Translations under genes and position numbers: made by a program
Shown here: piece by piece, positions 19,150 through 29,191 of the stretch
Numbering within the stretch: the first letter of the stretch is position 1
How the letters are laid out: each line of letters opens with the position of its first letter
Notes under the pieces: generated by a model
The model's database searches: none
What the model was told of the DNA's origin: nothing
What the model saw: the letters and a program-made list of their open reading frames with translations, nothing else
Assembly: GCA_002897695.1 (NCBI GenBank)
Contig: BDTG01000013.1
Location: 1 to 63,186 of the forward strand
DNA length: 63,186 nt
Direction: 5' to 3'
Origin: a bacterium BMS3Abin14
Lineage (GTDB): Bacteria > BMS3Abin14

Positions 19150-20181
19150 TCAGATTGTCCTTCCGGCGGCCTCCGCGAACAGCTCCAACCTCCTCATAAG
19201 ATCCTGGAAGGTGTCCGGTTTTAATGATTGCGGCCCGTCACACATGGCAACCTCAGGTTTGGGGTGGACCTCCACCATGAGCCCGTCGGCTCCGGCCGCC
19301 ACCGCCGCGAAGGAGAGCGGCTTGACATACTGCCAGTGCCCGGTCGCGTGGGACGGGTCGACTATTATCGGCAGATGGGTCTTTTCCAGGAGGACCGGGA
19401 CCGCGCTGATGTCAAGAGTGTTGCGTGTCGCGGTCTCGAATGTCCGGATCCCGCGTTCACAGAGGACCACATTGGGATTGCCCGCCGACAGGATATATTC
19501 CGCAGACATGAGGAACTCATCGATCGTGGTCATCATCCCCCTCTTGAGCAGGATGGGGTTTTCGATGTGGCCAAGTTTCTTTAACAGGGCGAAATTCTGG
19601 ACATTCCTGGCGCCCACCTGGAGCATGTCGCAATATCCCGCCACAAGGTCCACATCCTCCGGGTTGACCACTTCTGTGACCACGGGCATCCCGACTTCCT
19701 CCCTGGCTTCGGCCAACAGCTTTAACCCCTCTTCCTCCAATCCCTGAAAGCTGTAGGGTGAGGTCCTGGGCTTGAACGCCCCGCCTCTGAGGATGGCGCC
19801 GCCGGCAGCCTTGACCGCCCGTGCCGTTTCCAGAAGAGATTCCCTGCTCTCAACACTGCACGGGCCGGCAATGACCGTGATCCTTTGCCCGCCGAATGCC
19901 ACGCCCGGCGCGATCTCGATAACGGATCGCTCCCCAACCCCTTCGGCCTTTACCTGGATGCTCGCCAGCTTGTACGGCTGGAGGATGGGAACGACTTTTT
20001 CAACCCCGGGTATGGCATCCAGATACTGAAGCCGCGCCTTTTCCCTCTCGTCGCCAATGGCGCCGATGACGTTTCTCTGCTCCCCGCGTATCAGGTGAGT
20101 CGTATAGCCCAACTCCCTGATCCTGTTCAGAACCTCTTCGAGCTGTTCGTCCGAGGCGCCTTCCCTCATTACGATAATCAT
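19150..20181 (-). CDS. aroF: 3-deoxy-7-phosphoheptulonate (DAHP) synthase, type I-beta, with N-terminal regulatory domain
   Basis: KDO8P/DAHP-synthase core (GPCSVES...[11 protein letters not shown]...) preceded by a ~70-aa ferredoxin-like regulatory domain. Confidence 0.85.
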   Translation of the reverse strand: MIIVMREGASDEQLEEVLNRIRELGYTTHLIRGEQRNVIGAIGDEREKARLQYLDAIPGVEKVVPILQPYKLASIQVKAEGVGERSVIEIAPGVAFGGQRITVIAGPCSVESRESLLETARAVKAAGGAILRGGAFKPRTSPYSFQGLEEEGLKLLAEAREEVGMPVVTEVVNPEDVDLVAGYCDMLQVGARNVQNFALLKKLGHIENPILLKRGMMTTIDEFLMSAEYILSAGNPNVVLCERGIRTFETATRNTLDISAVPVLLEKTHLPIIVDPSHATGHWQYVKPLSFAAVAAGADGLMVEVHPKPEVAMCDGPQSLKPDTFQDLMRRLELFAEAAGRTI

Positions 20182-20306
20182 CCTCTACATCTCCTTTATT
20201 CTACGGTCTTTCGACCTTCCTTCGTCATGGTCACAAAAAGCCCACCTGTCCGGGTGCGACGCACAGGCAGATTAATGGATTTTAACTCCACGAAAAGCGG
20301 CAACTA

Positions 20307-21704
20307 TCATTTTCTGGACACTTCCAGCACCGACCGGGCAGCGGTCATATCCACCACCGGGACCTCGATTGCGCCCTCGCCAAGCAGGGTGTCGGCAAGT
20401 TCCTGGGAAAGGGAACGATAACGAAGAACAGCATCGATAACCAGTTCGCCCTTTTTGAACCTGGGAGGAACGAGGAAAGCGTAATCGCTGACGTCCGATC
20501 CCTTTGGGGGGATTGTCCGGACATAGGAGAAGTGAGATATGGCCCATGGCTTATAGGTGACGTTCCCATCCTTATCGACAGCCACCGCGTGAAAAATATT
20601 GGCATCCGGATCGATATCACCCTTTTCATCCACTGCGCCTGAACGGTAAAGCACGTTACCCTTCGGGTCCTTGACCGTTATGTCGAGCCACATCTGCCGA
20701 ACCTCGGTGAGGCTCGTGGGCAGGTTGTGGCCCGCCCCCACGTTGAACACCTCGACTGTGAACCGTGCGACCTTTCCCGACACAGCCTTATCGGGGAGGT
20801 GGATACTGATTGTTGCGGCCGATTTCAGCCTGCTCCTGGCGATGGCGGCATGCCTGTCCGCTCCGAGGATTGCTGTTACGGTAAAGTTTCCTCCGACGAA
20901 TTCATGGGTATAGACGTTGTCTCGCATAGGACCTAGAGGAGAAGCCTTCCCGGGATTCATCGGTTTTGTCATCGTCGCCGCCACCTCTATTGCCTTTTCC
21001 ACCGGCATCATGTGGCAGTCCTGGCAAACGATTCCGGCCCTGGCGTAAACCGACAACCGCCATTCCTCATAGGTCCGCTCCAACGGAAAATCAGTGGAGG
21101 GATGAAAGACGTTATGACAGGAGCCGCAGAACTCCGCAGATGTGTGCAGTTGGGAATACGCGGTGTCATGCCCTGGAGAATCGGAATCCTTGTATGGACC
21201 TCTCTTTACGTCGCCGGGATCCATGAGTATGGCGGCGTTGTGAGGCTGCATGAGAGCCGTTTTCTTCCAGGTCAGCTCTGCGATCGTGTGGCAGAAGTCG
21301 CACTGGACACCCCTCGACGCGATGGTTCCGGCGGTAAAAACGCCCTTTTCAGCGTCCAGGACCACCTCCTCCCCCACTGTTCCTATGGGAGTGTGACACC
21401 CCGCGCAGAGGTTGCGAATAGCACCGTTCGTCTCCCTGTCGCCCATTACCCACATGGCCTGAAAGACAGGATCTTTCAGGGCATTTGAATGCATTGACCC
21501 GTTCCACTGTCTATAGATCTCTCCGTGACAGACCTTGCAGCGGCTTGGGTTCTCATATTCCGATGAACTTACCGGTCCGCCGGTTTTCGTGTTGAGAAGG
21601 GAGGGCAAGAAGGGGTATTTTTCACTTTCCGATGCCCGGCCCGGTCCAGGGAACGCAAAAACTAGCATCAGGGGAATCACGACTAAAAGGTTTCTCTTCC
21701 TCAT
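20307..21704 (-). CDS. Secreted pentaheme c-type cytochrome
   Basis: Signal peptide and five CxxCH motifs (CKVCH, CAGCH, CDFCH, CGSCH, CQDCH). Confidence 0.75.
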   Translation of the reverse strand: MRKRNLLVVIPLMLVFAFPGPGRASESEKYPFLPSLLNTKTGGPVSSSEYENPSRCKVCHGEIYRQWNGSMHSNALKDPVFQAMWVMGDRETNGAIRNLCAGCHTPIGTVGEEVVLDAEKGVFTAGTIASRGVQCDFCHTIAELTWKKTALMQPHNAAILMDPGDVKRGPYKDSDSPGHDTAYSQLHTSAEFCGSCHNVFHPSTDFPLERTYEEWRLSVYARAGIVCQDCHMMPVEKAIEVAATMTKPMNPGKASPLGPMRDNVYTHEFVGGNFTVTAILGADRHAAIARSRLKSAATISIHLPDKAVSGKVARFTVEVFNVGAGHNLPTSLTEVRQMWLDITVKDPKGNVLYRSGAVDEKGDIDPDANIFHAVAVDKDGNVTYKPWAISHFSYVRTIPPKGSDVSDYAFLVPPRFKKGELVIDAVLRYRSLSQELADTLLGEGAIEVPVVDMTAARSVLEVSRK

Positions 21705-21826
21705 ATCTGCCTCCTTCTACCGCACCTGGTCCATATCCCGTTTGGTGAACTCTTCGCACTTCCTTATAGAGTGGGAGTATAACAACAAAGTTCAGTGTTT
21801 CCAAAAAAAATGGTAAAGGATAAAGC

Positions 21827-23107
21827 ATGATGGACGATCTCTCATCCCTGCCCATGATGGTCGTTGCCGATGCTGACGGAGAGGTGTTTGAGCACCCCAA
21901 TCTCAGGATGATGGGAGCGTCAGGGAGATTTCACCGGCCGCCCATGCCTGAGGAGATCGTCCCGATGCCCTATGGCGCCGATCTGTATGTCCTGCCCGAC
22001 CGACACCCGGTGGGAATTGACCCTGCAACAGGCCGTACGGAGATCGTGCATTCCTTTGAGGGCCGACCGGTCTTCGCCGTTTCCGCTTTTTTGCCGCCGG
22101 CCTATACTTCCCTGCTGTGGAGCGCTTTCATCAGGGATCACGGCGCCCCGCACCTGCCACTGTACGCCTACACCTGTCTCGGCTGGAGGGAAGGATCGTT
22201 CGTCGCAGCCGGCGTACGGGTGGACCCCGACCCCCGCCAGGATCTCCACAACTTCCCGGAAGGGGAGCCGGAAAATCGAAGCGCGCGGAAGGCTGTGCTG
22301 AAATACCCCCAAAATCGTCTGATCAAGCACCTGGCGCACTGCTGTATTACCTACAGGTGCCCTGCGGCCCGCAACCTTTTCCTCGGCAGGTACGAGGCCC
22401 CGCTTCCCACCTCCAGAACGTGCAACGCCGCATGCGTCGGGTGCATTTCACTTCAGGACGGGACATGCGTCCCCTCGACCCAGGACCGGATCTCCTTCTC
22501 CCCCACCCCCGAGGAGGTGGCCGAGGTGGCCGTGGGTCACCTGGATAAGGTCCCCGACGGGGTGGTGAGTTTCGGACAGGGATGCGAGGGGGAGCCTCTC
22601 ACCGAGGGAGATCTGCTGCATGCGGCCATCAAGATGATCCGGGAAAGGACAACGGCCGGAACGATCAACCTCAACACCAACGGCAGCCGGCCGGATATCC
22701 TCAAGAGGCTTTTCGCAGCCGGGCTGGACAGTGTGCGGATCAGCCTTAACAGCGCCAGGAGGGAGCTTTACAACCGCTATTTCAGACCGTCAGGCTACAC
22801 CTTTGAAGATGTGATCCGAAGCATGGCGCTTGGAAACGACATGGGAAAGTTCGTCTCCGTCAACTATTTCGTGTTCCCGGGCCTGACGGATGAACCTGCC
22901 GAAGCCGACGCATTTGAAAAAATCCTGAAAAAAACAGGCATCCATATGATCCAGTGGAGAAACCTGAACATCGATCCCGACATGTACATGGACTCGCTGG
23001 ATTGGGACGGGACTAAAGATGCAATGGGGATAAAACCTCTTATAAAAAGGATCCACAAACGATTCCCGATGGTTCGGTTCGGCTACTTCAATCCGGCCCT
23101 GGGATGA
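21827..23107 (+). CDS. Radical SAM domain protein with a ~190-aa N-terminal domain of unknown function
   Basis: Cx3Cx2C motif CNAACVGC, followed by a radical-SAM TIM-barrel-like region. Confidence 0.7.
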   Translation: MMDDLSSLPMMVVADADGEVFEHPNLRMMGASGRFHRPPMPEEIVPMPYGADLYVLPDRHPVGIDPATGRTEIVHSFEGRPVFAVSAFLPPAYTSLLWSAFIRDHGAPHLPLYAYTCLGWREGSFVAAGVRVDPDPRQDLHNFPEGEPENRSARKAVLKYPQNRLIKHLAHCCITYRCPAARNLFLGRYEAPLPTSRTCNAACVGCISLQDGTCVPSTQDRISFSPTPEEVAEVAVGHLDKVPDGVVSFGQGCEGEPLTEGDLLHAAIKMIRERTTAGTINLNTNGSRPDILKRLFAAGLDSVRISLNSARRELYNRYFRPSGYTFEDVIRSMALGNDMGKFVSVNYFVFPGLTDEPAEADAFEKILKKTGIHMIQWRNLNIDPDMYMDSLDWDGTKDAMGIKPLIKRIHKRFPMVRFGYFNPALG

Positions 23108-23112
23108 TGACT

Positions 23113-23355
23113 TTATTTTGCGTGCTTATGGCACTCGACACAAACAATCTTTGGAGGATGTTTTTGCCCCAGGGGTTCATCACCTCCGGGGGAGTGGCAG
23201 GGTGTGCACTCCCGGTCTGCGCTCAAGGAACGATGTATCCCGTCCGCGGGCATTAACGGTGGTTTTTTGGACGACAGGATGAACAGGGCCACCAGAACGG
23301 CGGCTACGAAAACAACATAGATCAGGATATCCTTGAAAGCAGCACGTTTTTTCAT
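23113..23355 (-). CDS. Small membrane-anchored diheme c-type cytochrome (CTPCH, CVECH)
   Basis: N-terminal TM anchor plus two CxxCH motifs. Paralogous to 1591-1854. Confidence 0.65.
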   Translation of the reverse strand: MKKRAAFKDILIYVVFVAAVLVALFILSSKKPPLMPADGIHRSLSADRECTPCHSPGGDEPLGQKHPPKIVCVECHKHAK

Positions 23356-23688
23356 GCACCATCCCCCCCGATTCTTAAGCCAGGCCGGAGGCTAACCCCG
23401 TCCATCGCCTGATGTCAACGGAATAAACACGGAATAAACCCCGCTTTCGGGACCACCCCATAAACAAAAAGTCCACAATAACCGTAAAGAAATAAAAACT
23501 CTTTAGTTTCCCAATCTTTACATAATACAAAACACTGTTCTAAGAATAACATTGAGGATAATAAAGTGATCGCAAAAGGTCCATCAGGCGGGATATTCGG
23601 GGCGCTCCCCCGCCTCACATTCGGTTGGAGCCGGAAACGGTCCGGATCCGCCCAGGGGATGGAGAGAACCTTTCAAAAGGAGGGAACA

Positions 23689-24666
23689 ATGAGTGGAAAG
23701 TGGATGAGAACATTGGCTGTAGCGACTGTCCTGCTTCTTGCGGCAGCCGCTCCCACATTGGCCTTTACCCCGGCCAGAGTAACATGTATCGCGCCGGCCA
23801 ATCCAGGCGGAGGATGGGACTTTTCATGTCGGTCTGGAGCCAGAGCCCTGTTTGATCTCGGCTTCACAAGCAAACCCATCAAGGTAGTTAACATGCCTGG
23901 CGGAGGAGGAGGAGTAGCCTTCGCCCATGTAGTGACCGAACTGAAGGGCGACAATAATGTCCTCGTGGCCGCAAGCAGGTCGACCACGACCCGTCTTGCA
24001 CAGGGCCAGTACACCAAGTTCACCATGAATGATGTCCGATGGCTGGCTGCCAACGGGGCGGATTACGGAGTCATTTCCGTCAAGGCGGACGCCCCATGGC
24101 AGAACCTGAAAGAGCTGATGGCAGCGTGGAAAAAAGATCCAGGCAAGATCGCCGTGGGTGGCGGCAGCGCCGTGGGCGGACAGGACCACATGAAGGTCAT
24201 GCTCCTCGCCAAGGCCGCCGGCATCGAACCGAAGAAAATCAAGTACGTCAACTTTAACGGCGGGGGCGAAGCCATGGTTTCTCTTCTCGGCGGATTCGTC
24301 CAGGTCTTTCCCGGCGACATCTCCGAGGTCATGGGGCAACTCGAGGCGGGCAAGATCAGAGTACTCGCGGTTTTGGGCGAACACCGCCTGCCGGGCAACC
24401 TTGCTAATATCCCCACCGCCGTCGAACAGGGCTACAATGCCACGTGGGTAGTCTGGAGGGGATTCTACATGCCCCCCGGAACATCGGACGATGCCTATAA
24501 TTACTGGCTGAACGCCCTGACAAAGATGGAGAAATCAGATGAATGGGCCAAGATGCGTAAGCAGAACGGCCTGGCTCCTTTCTACAGGGGGGGCAAAGAT
24601 TTCGAGAAATTCGTCAAAGACCAGATTCATGAGATCCAGGGATTGACAAAGGAGCTTGGTCTGTGA
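23689..24666 (+). CDS. tctC: Tripartite tricarboxylate transporter substrate-binding protein
   Basis: Signal peptide and Bug/TctC-family sequence. RBS AAAAGGAGGG precedes the ATG at 23689. Confidence 0.8.
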   Translation: MSGKWMRTLAVATVLLLAAAAPTLAFTPARVTCIAPANPGGGWDFSCRSGARALFDLGFTSKPIKVVNMPGGGGGVAFAHVVTELKGDNNVLVAASRSTTTRLAQGQYTKFTMNDVRWLAANGADYGVISVKADAPWQNLKELMAAWKKDPGKIAVGGGSAVGGQDHMKVMLLAKAAGIEPKKIKYVNFNGGGEAMVSLLGGFVQVFPGDISEVMGQLEAGKIRVLAVLGEHRLPGNLANIPTAVEQGYNATWVVWRGFYMPPGTSDDAYNYWLNALTKMEKSDEWAKMRKQNGLAPFYRGGKDFEKFVKDQIHEIQGLTKELGL

Positions 24667-25097
24667 CAGACCGCATTACGGGAGGCCTGCTGCTACTCAT
24701 CACCCTTGGGTATGCATACATGGGCTATCACTTCAAGGTGGGGTTCATGGCGGACCCCATCGGTCCCAAGGCGTTTCCTCTCCTCATCACCGGCCTCCTT
24801 TTTCTATTCATTCTGTACATCCTGATCAGGCCAGACCCCGAGCCCCAGTGGCCCGGCCTCAAAATCTGGCTGAACATGGCCTTGGTCCTGTTCAGCCTGG
24901 TCATCTATGCCTACGCCCTCGTACCCCTGGGGTTCATCGCGACCACCACGCTGGAAGTAACCATCCTGGCCGTCATATTCAAGGGGCAACTCTGAAAAGG
25001 GATTATCGCCTCCCTGGTCCTGAGCCTTACACTTTACGCTGGGTTCGTGTTCCTGCTGGACATTCCCTTGCCTGTCGGCAAAATCTTCGGGGGCTAA
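24663..25097 (+). pseudogene. tctB: tctB small-subunit gene interrupted by an in-frame TGA at 24993-24995; the frame continues a further 33 codons to the TAA at 25095
   Basis: Translation downstream of the TGA (KGIIASLVLSLTLYAGFVFLLDIPLPVGKIFGG) is hydrophobic and TctB-like, and the full length of ~144 aa fits TctB. tctA starts 1 nt after the TAA. Confidence 0.55.
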
Positions 25098-25098
25098 A

Positions 25099-26487
25099 AT
25101 GGACGTCTTTCACTCTTTAATGATGGGGTTTTCCGTCGCTTTAAGGCCCCTGAACCTCGGTGTGGCTTTCGCCGGCTGCCTGGTTGGAACCGTGATCGGG
25201 GTTCTTCCCGGCATCGGCCCCATCACGGGGGTAGCTATTCTGGTTCCCCTTACCTTCGCCATCAAACTCCCGCCGGAATCGGCCCTCATTCTCCTGGCCG
25301 GGATTTATTACGGGGCAATGTACGGAGGGTCCACTACGAGTATTCTGCTGAATGTGCCCGGTGAGACGGCCTCGGTGGTCACCACCATCGATGGATACCA
25401 GATGGCCCGCCAGGGCCGCGCGGGCCCTGCTCTCGCCATCTCCGCCATCGGTTCCTTCATCGCCGGCACCATCTCGGTTATCGGCCTGATGCTCTTCGGC
25501 CCTTTTCTGGCTAACGTTGCGATCCGCTTCGGCCCGGCCGAATATCTGGCCCTGATGGTATTCGCTTTCTCAATGATTTCCAGCCTTGCGGGCAGGAATC
25601 TTGCCAAAGCCATGATCTCCACCCTCTTCGGCCTCATGCTCGCCACCGTGGGTCTGGATCCGGGCAGCGCCGTTCCACGCTATACATTCGGCCAACTGAA
25701 ACTCTACGACGGGATGGACTTCCTCGTGGTGGCAATCGGCCTCTTCGCCATCAGCGAGGTCCTGTCCCTTCTGGAGGAAACCCACACCGGCCAGACGGCC
25801 AAGGCCGAGATGGGGAAGGTCTATATCTCGTTCAAGGAGTTCATGTTTTCACTGGGAGCTATCCTCCGGGGCAGCTTCCTGGGATTTTTCATAGGCGTCC
25901 TTCCCGGCGCCGGCGCTTCCATCGCCAGTTTCATCTCCTACACCCTCGAGAAGAGGGTTTCCAACCGAAACGACACCTTCGGCAAGGGCGACATACGGGG
26001 GGTGGCCGGTCCTGAGTCGGCCAACAACGCCGCAGCCGGGGGGGCGCTCATTCCATTGCTTACCCTGGGAATACCGGGAAGTGGAACCACAGCTGTCCTG
26101 TTGGGCGCCATCATGGGGATGAACATCGTACCCGGGCCTCTCATGTTCCAGCAGCACCCCGATGTGGTGTGGGGCCTGGTGGCGTCCATGTACATAGGCA
26201 ACCTGATGCTGCTGGTCCTCAACCTTCCCCTAGTGGGGCTATTCGTCAAGATCCTCCTTATACCCAATTGGTTCCTCATCCCGGCCGTGACGGCCATCAG
26301 CTTCATCGGCGTCTATTCCGTCAACAACAGCCCCTTCGATCTCCTCCGGCTCCAGGCCGAAGATGGCCTTCTTGAATCTTTTGGCAATCAATACAGCGCC
26401 TCCGATGCCCACGATCAGCATTATCCCTATGTAGAAAAATCCCCGCCTGCGATGCTCCCGGATGATGTGCTGAACATTCTCGATTAG
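25099..26487 (+). CDS. tctA: TctA large permease, genuine only to about 26345; the last ~45 codons are read from the antisense strand of a sensor-kinase gene (3'-truncated/chimeric)
   Basis: TctA-like TM sequence up to ...NSPFDLL, after which the sequence matches no TctA C-terminus and is the reverse frame of the kinase ORF. Confidence 0.7.
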   Translation: MDVFHSLMMGFSVALRPLNLGVAFAGCLVGTVIGVLPGIGPITGVAILVPLTFAIKLPPESALILLAGIYYGAMYGGSTTSILLNVPGETASVVTTIDGYQMARQGRAGPALAISAIGSFIAGTISVIGLMLFGPFLANVAIRFGPAEYLALMVFAFSMISSLAGRNLAKAMISTLFGLMLATVGLDPGSAVPRYTFGQLKLYDGMDFLVVAIGLFAISEVLSLLEETHTGQTAKAEMGKVYISFKEFMFSLGAILRGSFLGFFIGVLPGAGASIASFISYTLEKRVSNRNDTFGKGDIRGVAGPESANNAAAGGALIPLLTLGIPGSGTTAVLLGAIMGMNIVPGPLMFQQHPDVVWGLVASMYIGNLMLLVLNLPLVGLFVKILLIPNWFLIPAVTAISFIGVYSVNNSPFDLLRLQAEDGLLESFGNQYSASDAHDQHYPYVEKSPPAMLPDDVLNILD

Positions 26488-26991
26488 GTATCCCACCGAA
26501 ACGATCCCGATGATCGCGCCGGAATCATCGAACACCGGCGTTTTACCCCTCAGCGATGGTCCAAGAGTGCCCACGGCTTTGGAACCGTATGATCGGCCAT
26601 CCTCAAGGGCGGGCGCATTATCTCCGCCGACCATGGATTTTCCCAGCCGGTCGGGGTTTGGATGGGAATAACGAATACCGTTGCTGTCACCCACCACGAC
26701 GAACTCCGCGCCGACTGTCTTCCTGATTCCATCCGCCAGGGGCTGAATGACCCCGGCGGGGTCTCCGGCAGCTAATTCCCGCCGGATTTCGGGGATCATG
26801 GACACCGTCTGGGAAACCCGCAGCGCTCTTTTCCCTATCTGGTCCTCAAGGATACCGCCGATGAGGCCGGAAAAGACGATCCCCATCATCCCTACCTGAA
26901 AGGCCAAAAGTGAGGTCACCAGAAGGATCATCCTGTTCTGGAGAGTTCTCGGAAATGGAAAAAAACGGGCCAAACTTAAAAGGGTTGTCAT
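26239..26991 (-). CDS. N-terminal fragment (TM1, periplasmic Cache/PAS sensor, TM2, start of linker) of a DcuS/CitA-family sensor histidine kinase; the HAMP/PAS/kinase domains are missing
   Basis: DcuS/CitA-type periplasmic domain (GDSNGIRYSHPNPDRLGKSMVGGDNAPALEDGRSYGSKAVGTLGPSLRGKTPVFDD..IGIVSVGYL). Homology ends at FGLEPEEI near 26343. Confidence 0.65.
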   Translation of the reverse strand: MTTLLSLARFFPFPRTLQNRMILLVTSLLAFQVGMMGIVFSGLIGGILEDQIGKRALRVSQTVSMIPEIRRELAAGDPAGVIQPLADGIRKTVGAEFVVVGDSNGIRYSHPNPDRLGKSMVGGDNAPALEDGRSYGSKAVGTLGPSLRGKTPVFDDSGAIIGIVSVGYLIENVQHIIREHRRRGFFYIGIMLIVGIGGAVLIAKRFKKAIFGLEPEEIEGAVVDGIDADEADGRHGRDEEPIGYKEDLDE

Positions 26992-27089
26992 GGCATCACC
27001 CGGTCAGCAAATGGGTTGAATGGATAAACTTTCCAGAAGTTCATTATCGAGGATTTGCCATAATCCATCAAGCGGGATGTAATGATCCC

Positions 27090-27139
27090 CGTCTTCCAAA
27101 ACAAAAAGCCACGAATGGACTTTTTGCGACTCTGTCAAT
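27090..27139. repeat. REP-like element R2 (CGTCTTCCAAAACAAAAAGCCaCGAATGgACTTTTTGCGACTCTGTCAAT), second copy of 57875-57924
   Basis: About 94 % identical over 50 nt, with an internal 7-bp inverted repeat CAAAAAG/CTTTTTG. Confidence 0.5.
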
Positions 27140-27417
27140 ATTGTGTCGCCAAAGGCACCAACAGTGTGGTTATTTTGCAACATTTTCGGTGGCCGAAAAC
27201 CTTTTTTCTGCCTGTGGCATAGACATCACCCGGAAAACTTTCCCCCGTTATCCCCATTACAAGGGCACCTCCGGACTGGGATGTCAAAGTGTGGCAATAT
27301 CGGCACGTATATTGCGGCGCTGCGAATGCCGGAGAGGTTGAATCCGCGTTAGAGGATAACGGCGGGGATTCTAATCGGGACCGGTGAGGTTATTTCAACC
27401 GTGAACGGGAGGCGAAG

Positions 27418-27621
27418 ATGGATATGCAGGAGGTTTTGGAGGTTTTGGACGTTCCGGAGAACCAACCCGCCGCCTTGGGGCATGGGGGCGACAGGGACGC
27501 GGAGATGTTGGCCAGGTCTTTCTACCGGCTTCTCAGGAAAAACGGGTACACGCGGAACCAGGTCATCAGCGTGGCGGGGTACATCCTCGACAGCCTGATC
27601 CATGAGTTCGAAACAGATTAA
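27418..27621 (+). CDS. Hypothetical small protein (67 aa)
   Basis: GGGAGG RBS 6 nt upstream of the ATG. Followed by a strong bidirectional terminator. Confidence 0.4.
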   Translation: MDMQEVLEVLDVPENQPAALGHGGDRDAEMLARSFYRLLRKNGYTRNQVISVAGYILDSLIHEFETD

Positions 27622-27639
27622 CCCAGGACACAAAAAAAG

Positions 27640-27678
27640 ACCCCGGGACATTTAATGTCCCGGGGTCTTCAGGTGGCC
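27640..27678. terminator. Perfect 13-bp-stem hairpin GACCCCGGGACAT-ttaa-ATGTCCCGGGGTC between convergent genes
   Basis: Inverted repeat with A/T flanks on both strands. Confidence 0.65.
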
Positions 27679-27692
27679 TGCTCTAACGTGGC

Positions 27693-27893
27693 TTACAGAG
27701 CGGTGACGTTATTGGCCTGAGGTCCCTTGGGGCCGTCTACAACCTCAAAGCTCACTTTCTGGCCCTCATTCAGGGTCTTGAAGCCGTCACCCTGAATTGC
27801 CGAGAAATGGACGAAAACGTCTGGGCCTTCGGCCTGCTCGATGAACCCGAAACCCTTGGACTCGTTAAACCACTTTACAGTTCCTTCTGCCAT
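27693..27893 (-). CDS. cspA: Cold-shock protein (CspA family)
   Basis: [50 protein letters not shown] carries the RNP1/RNP2 motifs. A long 5' UTR is typical. Confidence 0.9.
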   Translation of the reverse strand: MAEGTVKWFNESKGFGFIEQAEGPDVFVHFSAIQGDGFKTLNEGQKVSFEVVDGPKGPQANNVTAL

Positions 27894-28233
27894 TTTACTT
27901 CTCCTTCTTTCTCTGTTTTTTTGCAGCTTGCCGGAACAGCCCTGGAACAAATCAAAAAAGGCCCTGAACGTAAAGCCCAAGACCATTATTCGATCAAATG
28001 TTCTCCATAAAGCTCTTCCGTACTACAAAACTGGTTTTAACCGGGAGCAACTCTCACCGGCGAGGTATAGATACTCTAAAGGAAAGGGAGTTGCAAGCTT
28101 TTTTTTTCGGTGATTATCCCCGGGAAATGGTCAGAACCTGAAACCCCTTTGCCATTTTAAAAAAATTGGGTATTTTCCAATCCCTGGGCCGATAATAATA
28201 TCGTCCAACTTTTTCAAAGGGGTATGGAAAACC

Positions 28234-29010
28234 ATGAATAATAAGTTGAACCTCCTTAAGACAAGTATCGTTTCACTTGGAATCCTGGCCACAGCCTTTG
28301 CTTCCCCGAGTGGGGTCCCCAACGCCGCGGCGGCCTCCGACACCATTTCCTTCGGGGTGCTTCCCGTCATTCAGGCACTTCCCCTGTTCGTCGCATATGA
28401 GAAGGGATACTTTTCCGACGAGGGCCTGAATGTGGAATTAATAACCTTCAAGTCCGGTCTTGAAAAGGACGCCGCCATGGCCGCCCGAAGTACCCAGGGA
28501 TACTTCGGGGACATGCTCACGTCTCTTATTCTTGACGCCAACCAGACCCCTTCGAGGATGGTTGCCACCCTCTACAACACCACTGGTGACCAGCGCATGT
28601 TCGCCATTCTTGCCGCGCCCGGCACAGGTAAACCGTCCCTGGCAGAGCTTGCCGAAGCTGGAATAGCGGGCAGCTCCAACACCGTTATCGAGTACCTTAC
28701 CCGTAAACTCCTTCAGGCCGAAGCGCCGGGGGCAAAGCTCAACCTCATCGAGGCGAAGAGTATTCCGTCCCGGGTTCCCATGCTTCTTTCCGGAAGGGTT
28801 CCCGGGGCCGTTCTCCCCGAACCACTCGTGACCTTCGTTGAGAAGAAGGGTGCCACGGTGGTTGCGGACGACCGTGGAAAGGGGATCGCGCCTCCGTCAG
28901 TTCCGGATCGCCGTCTTGTGATGGATTCCTATAATTGGCTCCGGAACAAGGGGATACTCAAATCCGAACTGACCTGGCCGGAGATGGTCCAGGAGGGATT
29001 ACTGGATTGA
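28234..29010 (+). CDS. ABC-transporter substrate-binding protein (NMT1/SsuA/TauA-like); orphan and possibly 3'-truncated
   Basis: Signal peptide and NMT1-like SBP sequence. No cognate permease or ATPase gene nearby. Short at 258 aa. Confidence 0.65.
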   Translation: MNNKLNLLKTSIVSLGILATAFASPSGVPNAAAASDTISFGVLPVIQALPLFVAYEKGYFSDEGLNVELITFKSGLEKDAAMAARSTQGYFGDMLTSLILDANQTPSRMVATLYNTTGDQRMFAILAAPGTGKPSLAELAEAGIAGSSNTVIEYLTRKLLQAEAPGAKLNLIEAKSIPSRVPMLLSGRVPGAVLPEPLVTFVEKKGATVVADDRGKGIAPPSVPDRRLVMDSYNWLRNKGILKSELTWPEMVQEGLLD

Positions 29011-29191
29011 GGTATCGGCGCGTGGGAGCTTGGGCGTAAAAGATAATATAGCTGACGCAGTGTAACGTCGTAAGGCCTGGGGAAATATCGGCGGTTCAAG
29101 AGTCCTCCAGGAAGGGAAGATCAGCATTGGGGATCTTCGAACTTCCCTTTGGGCCCTATACATCGGAGCCGCGCTTCTGGCGGCAGGATAC

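Noticed and set aside
24993-24995. TGA read as a sense codon under an alternative genetic code
   Set aside because: TGA terminates many well-supported genes in this window (gnd, for example). The high GC content and gene content are inconsistent with code-4/25 lineages.
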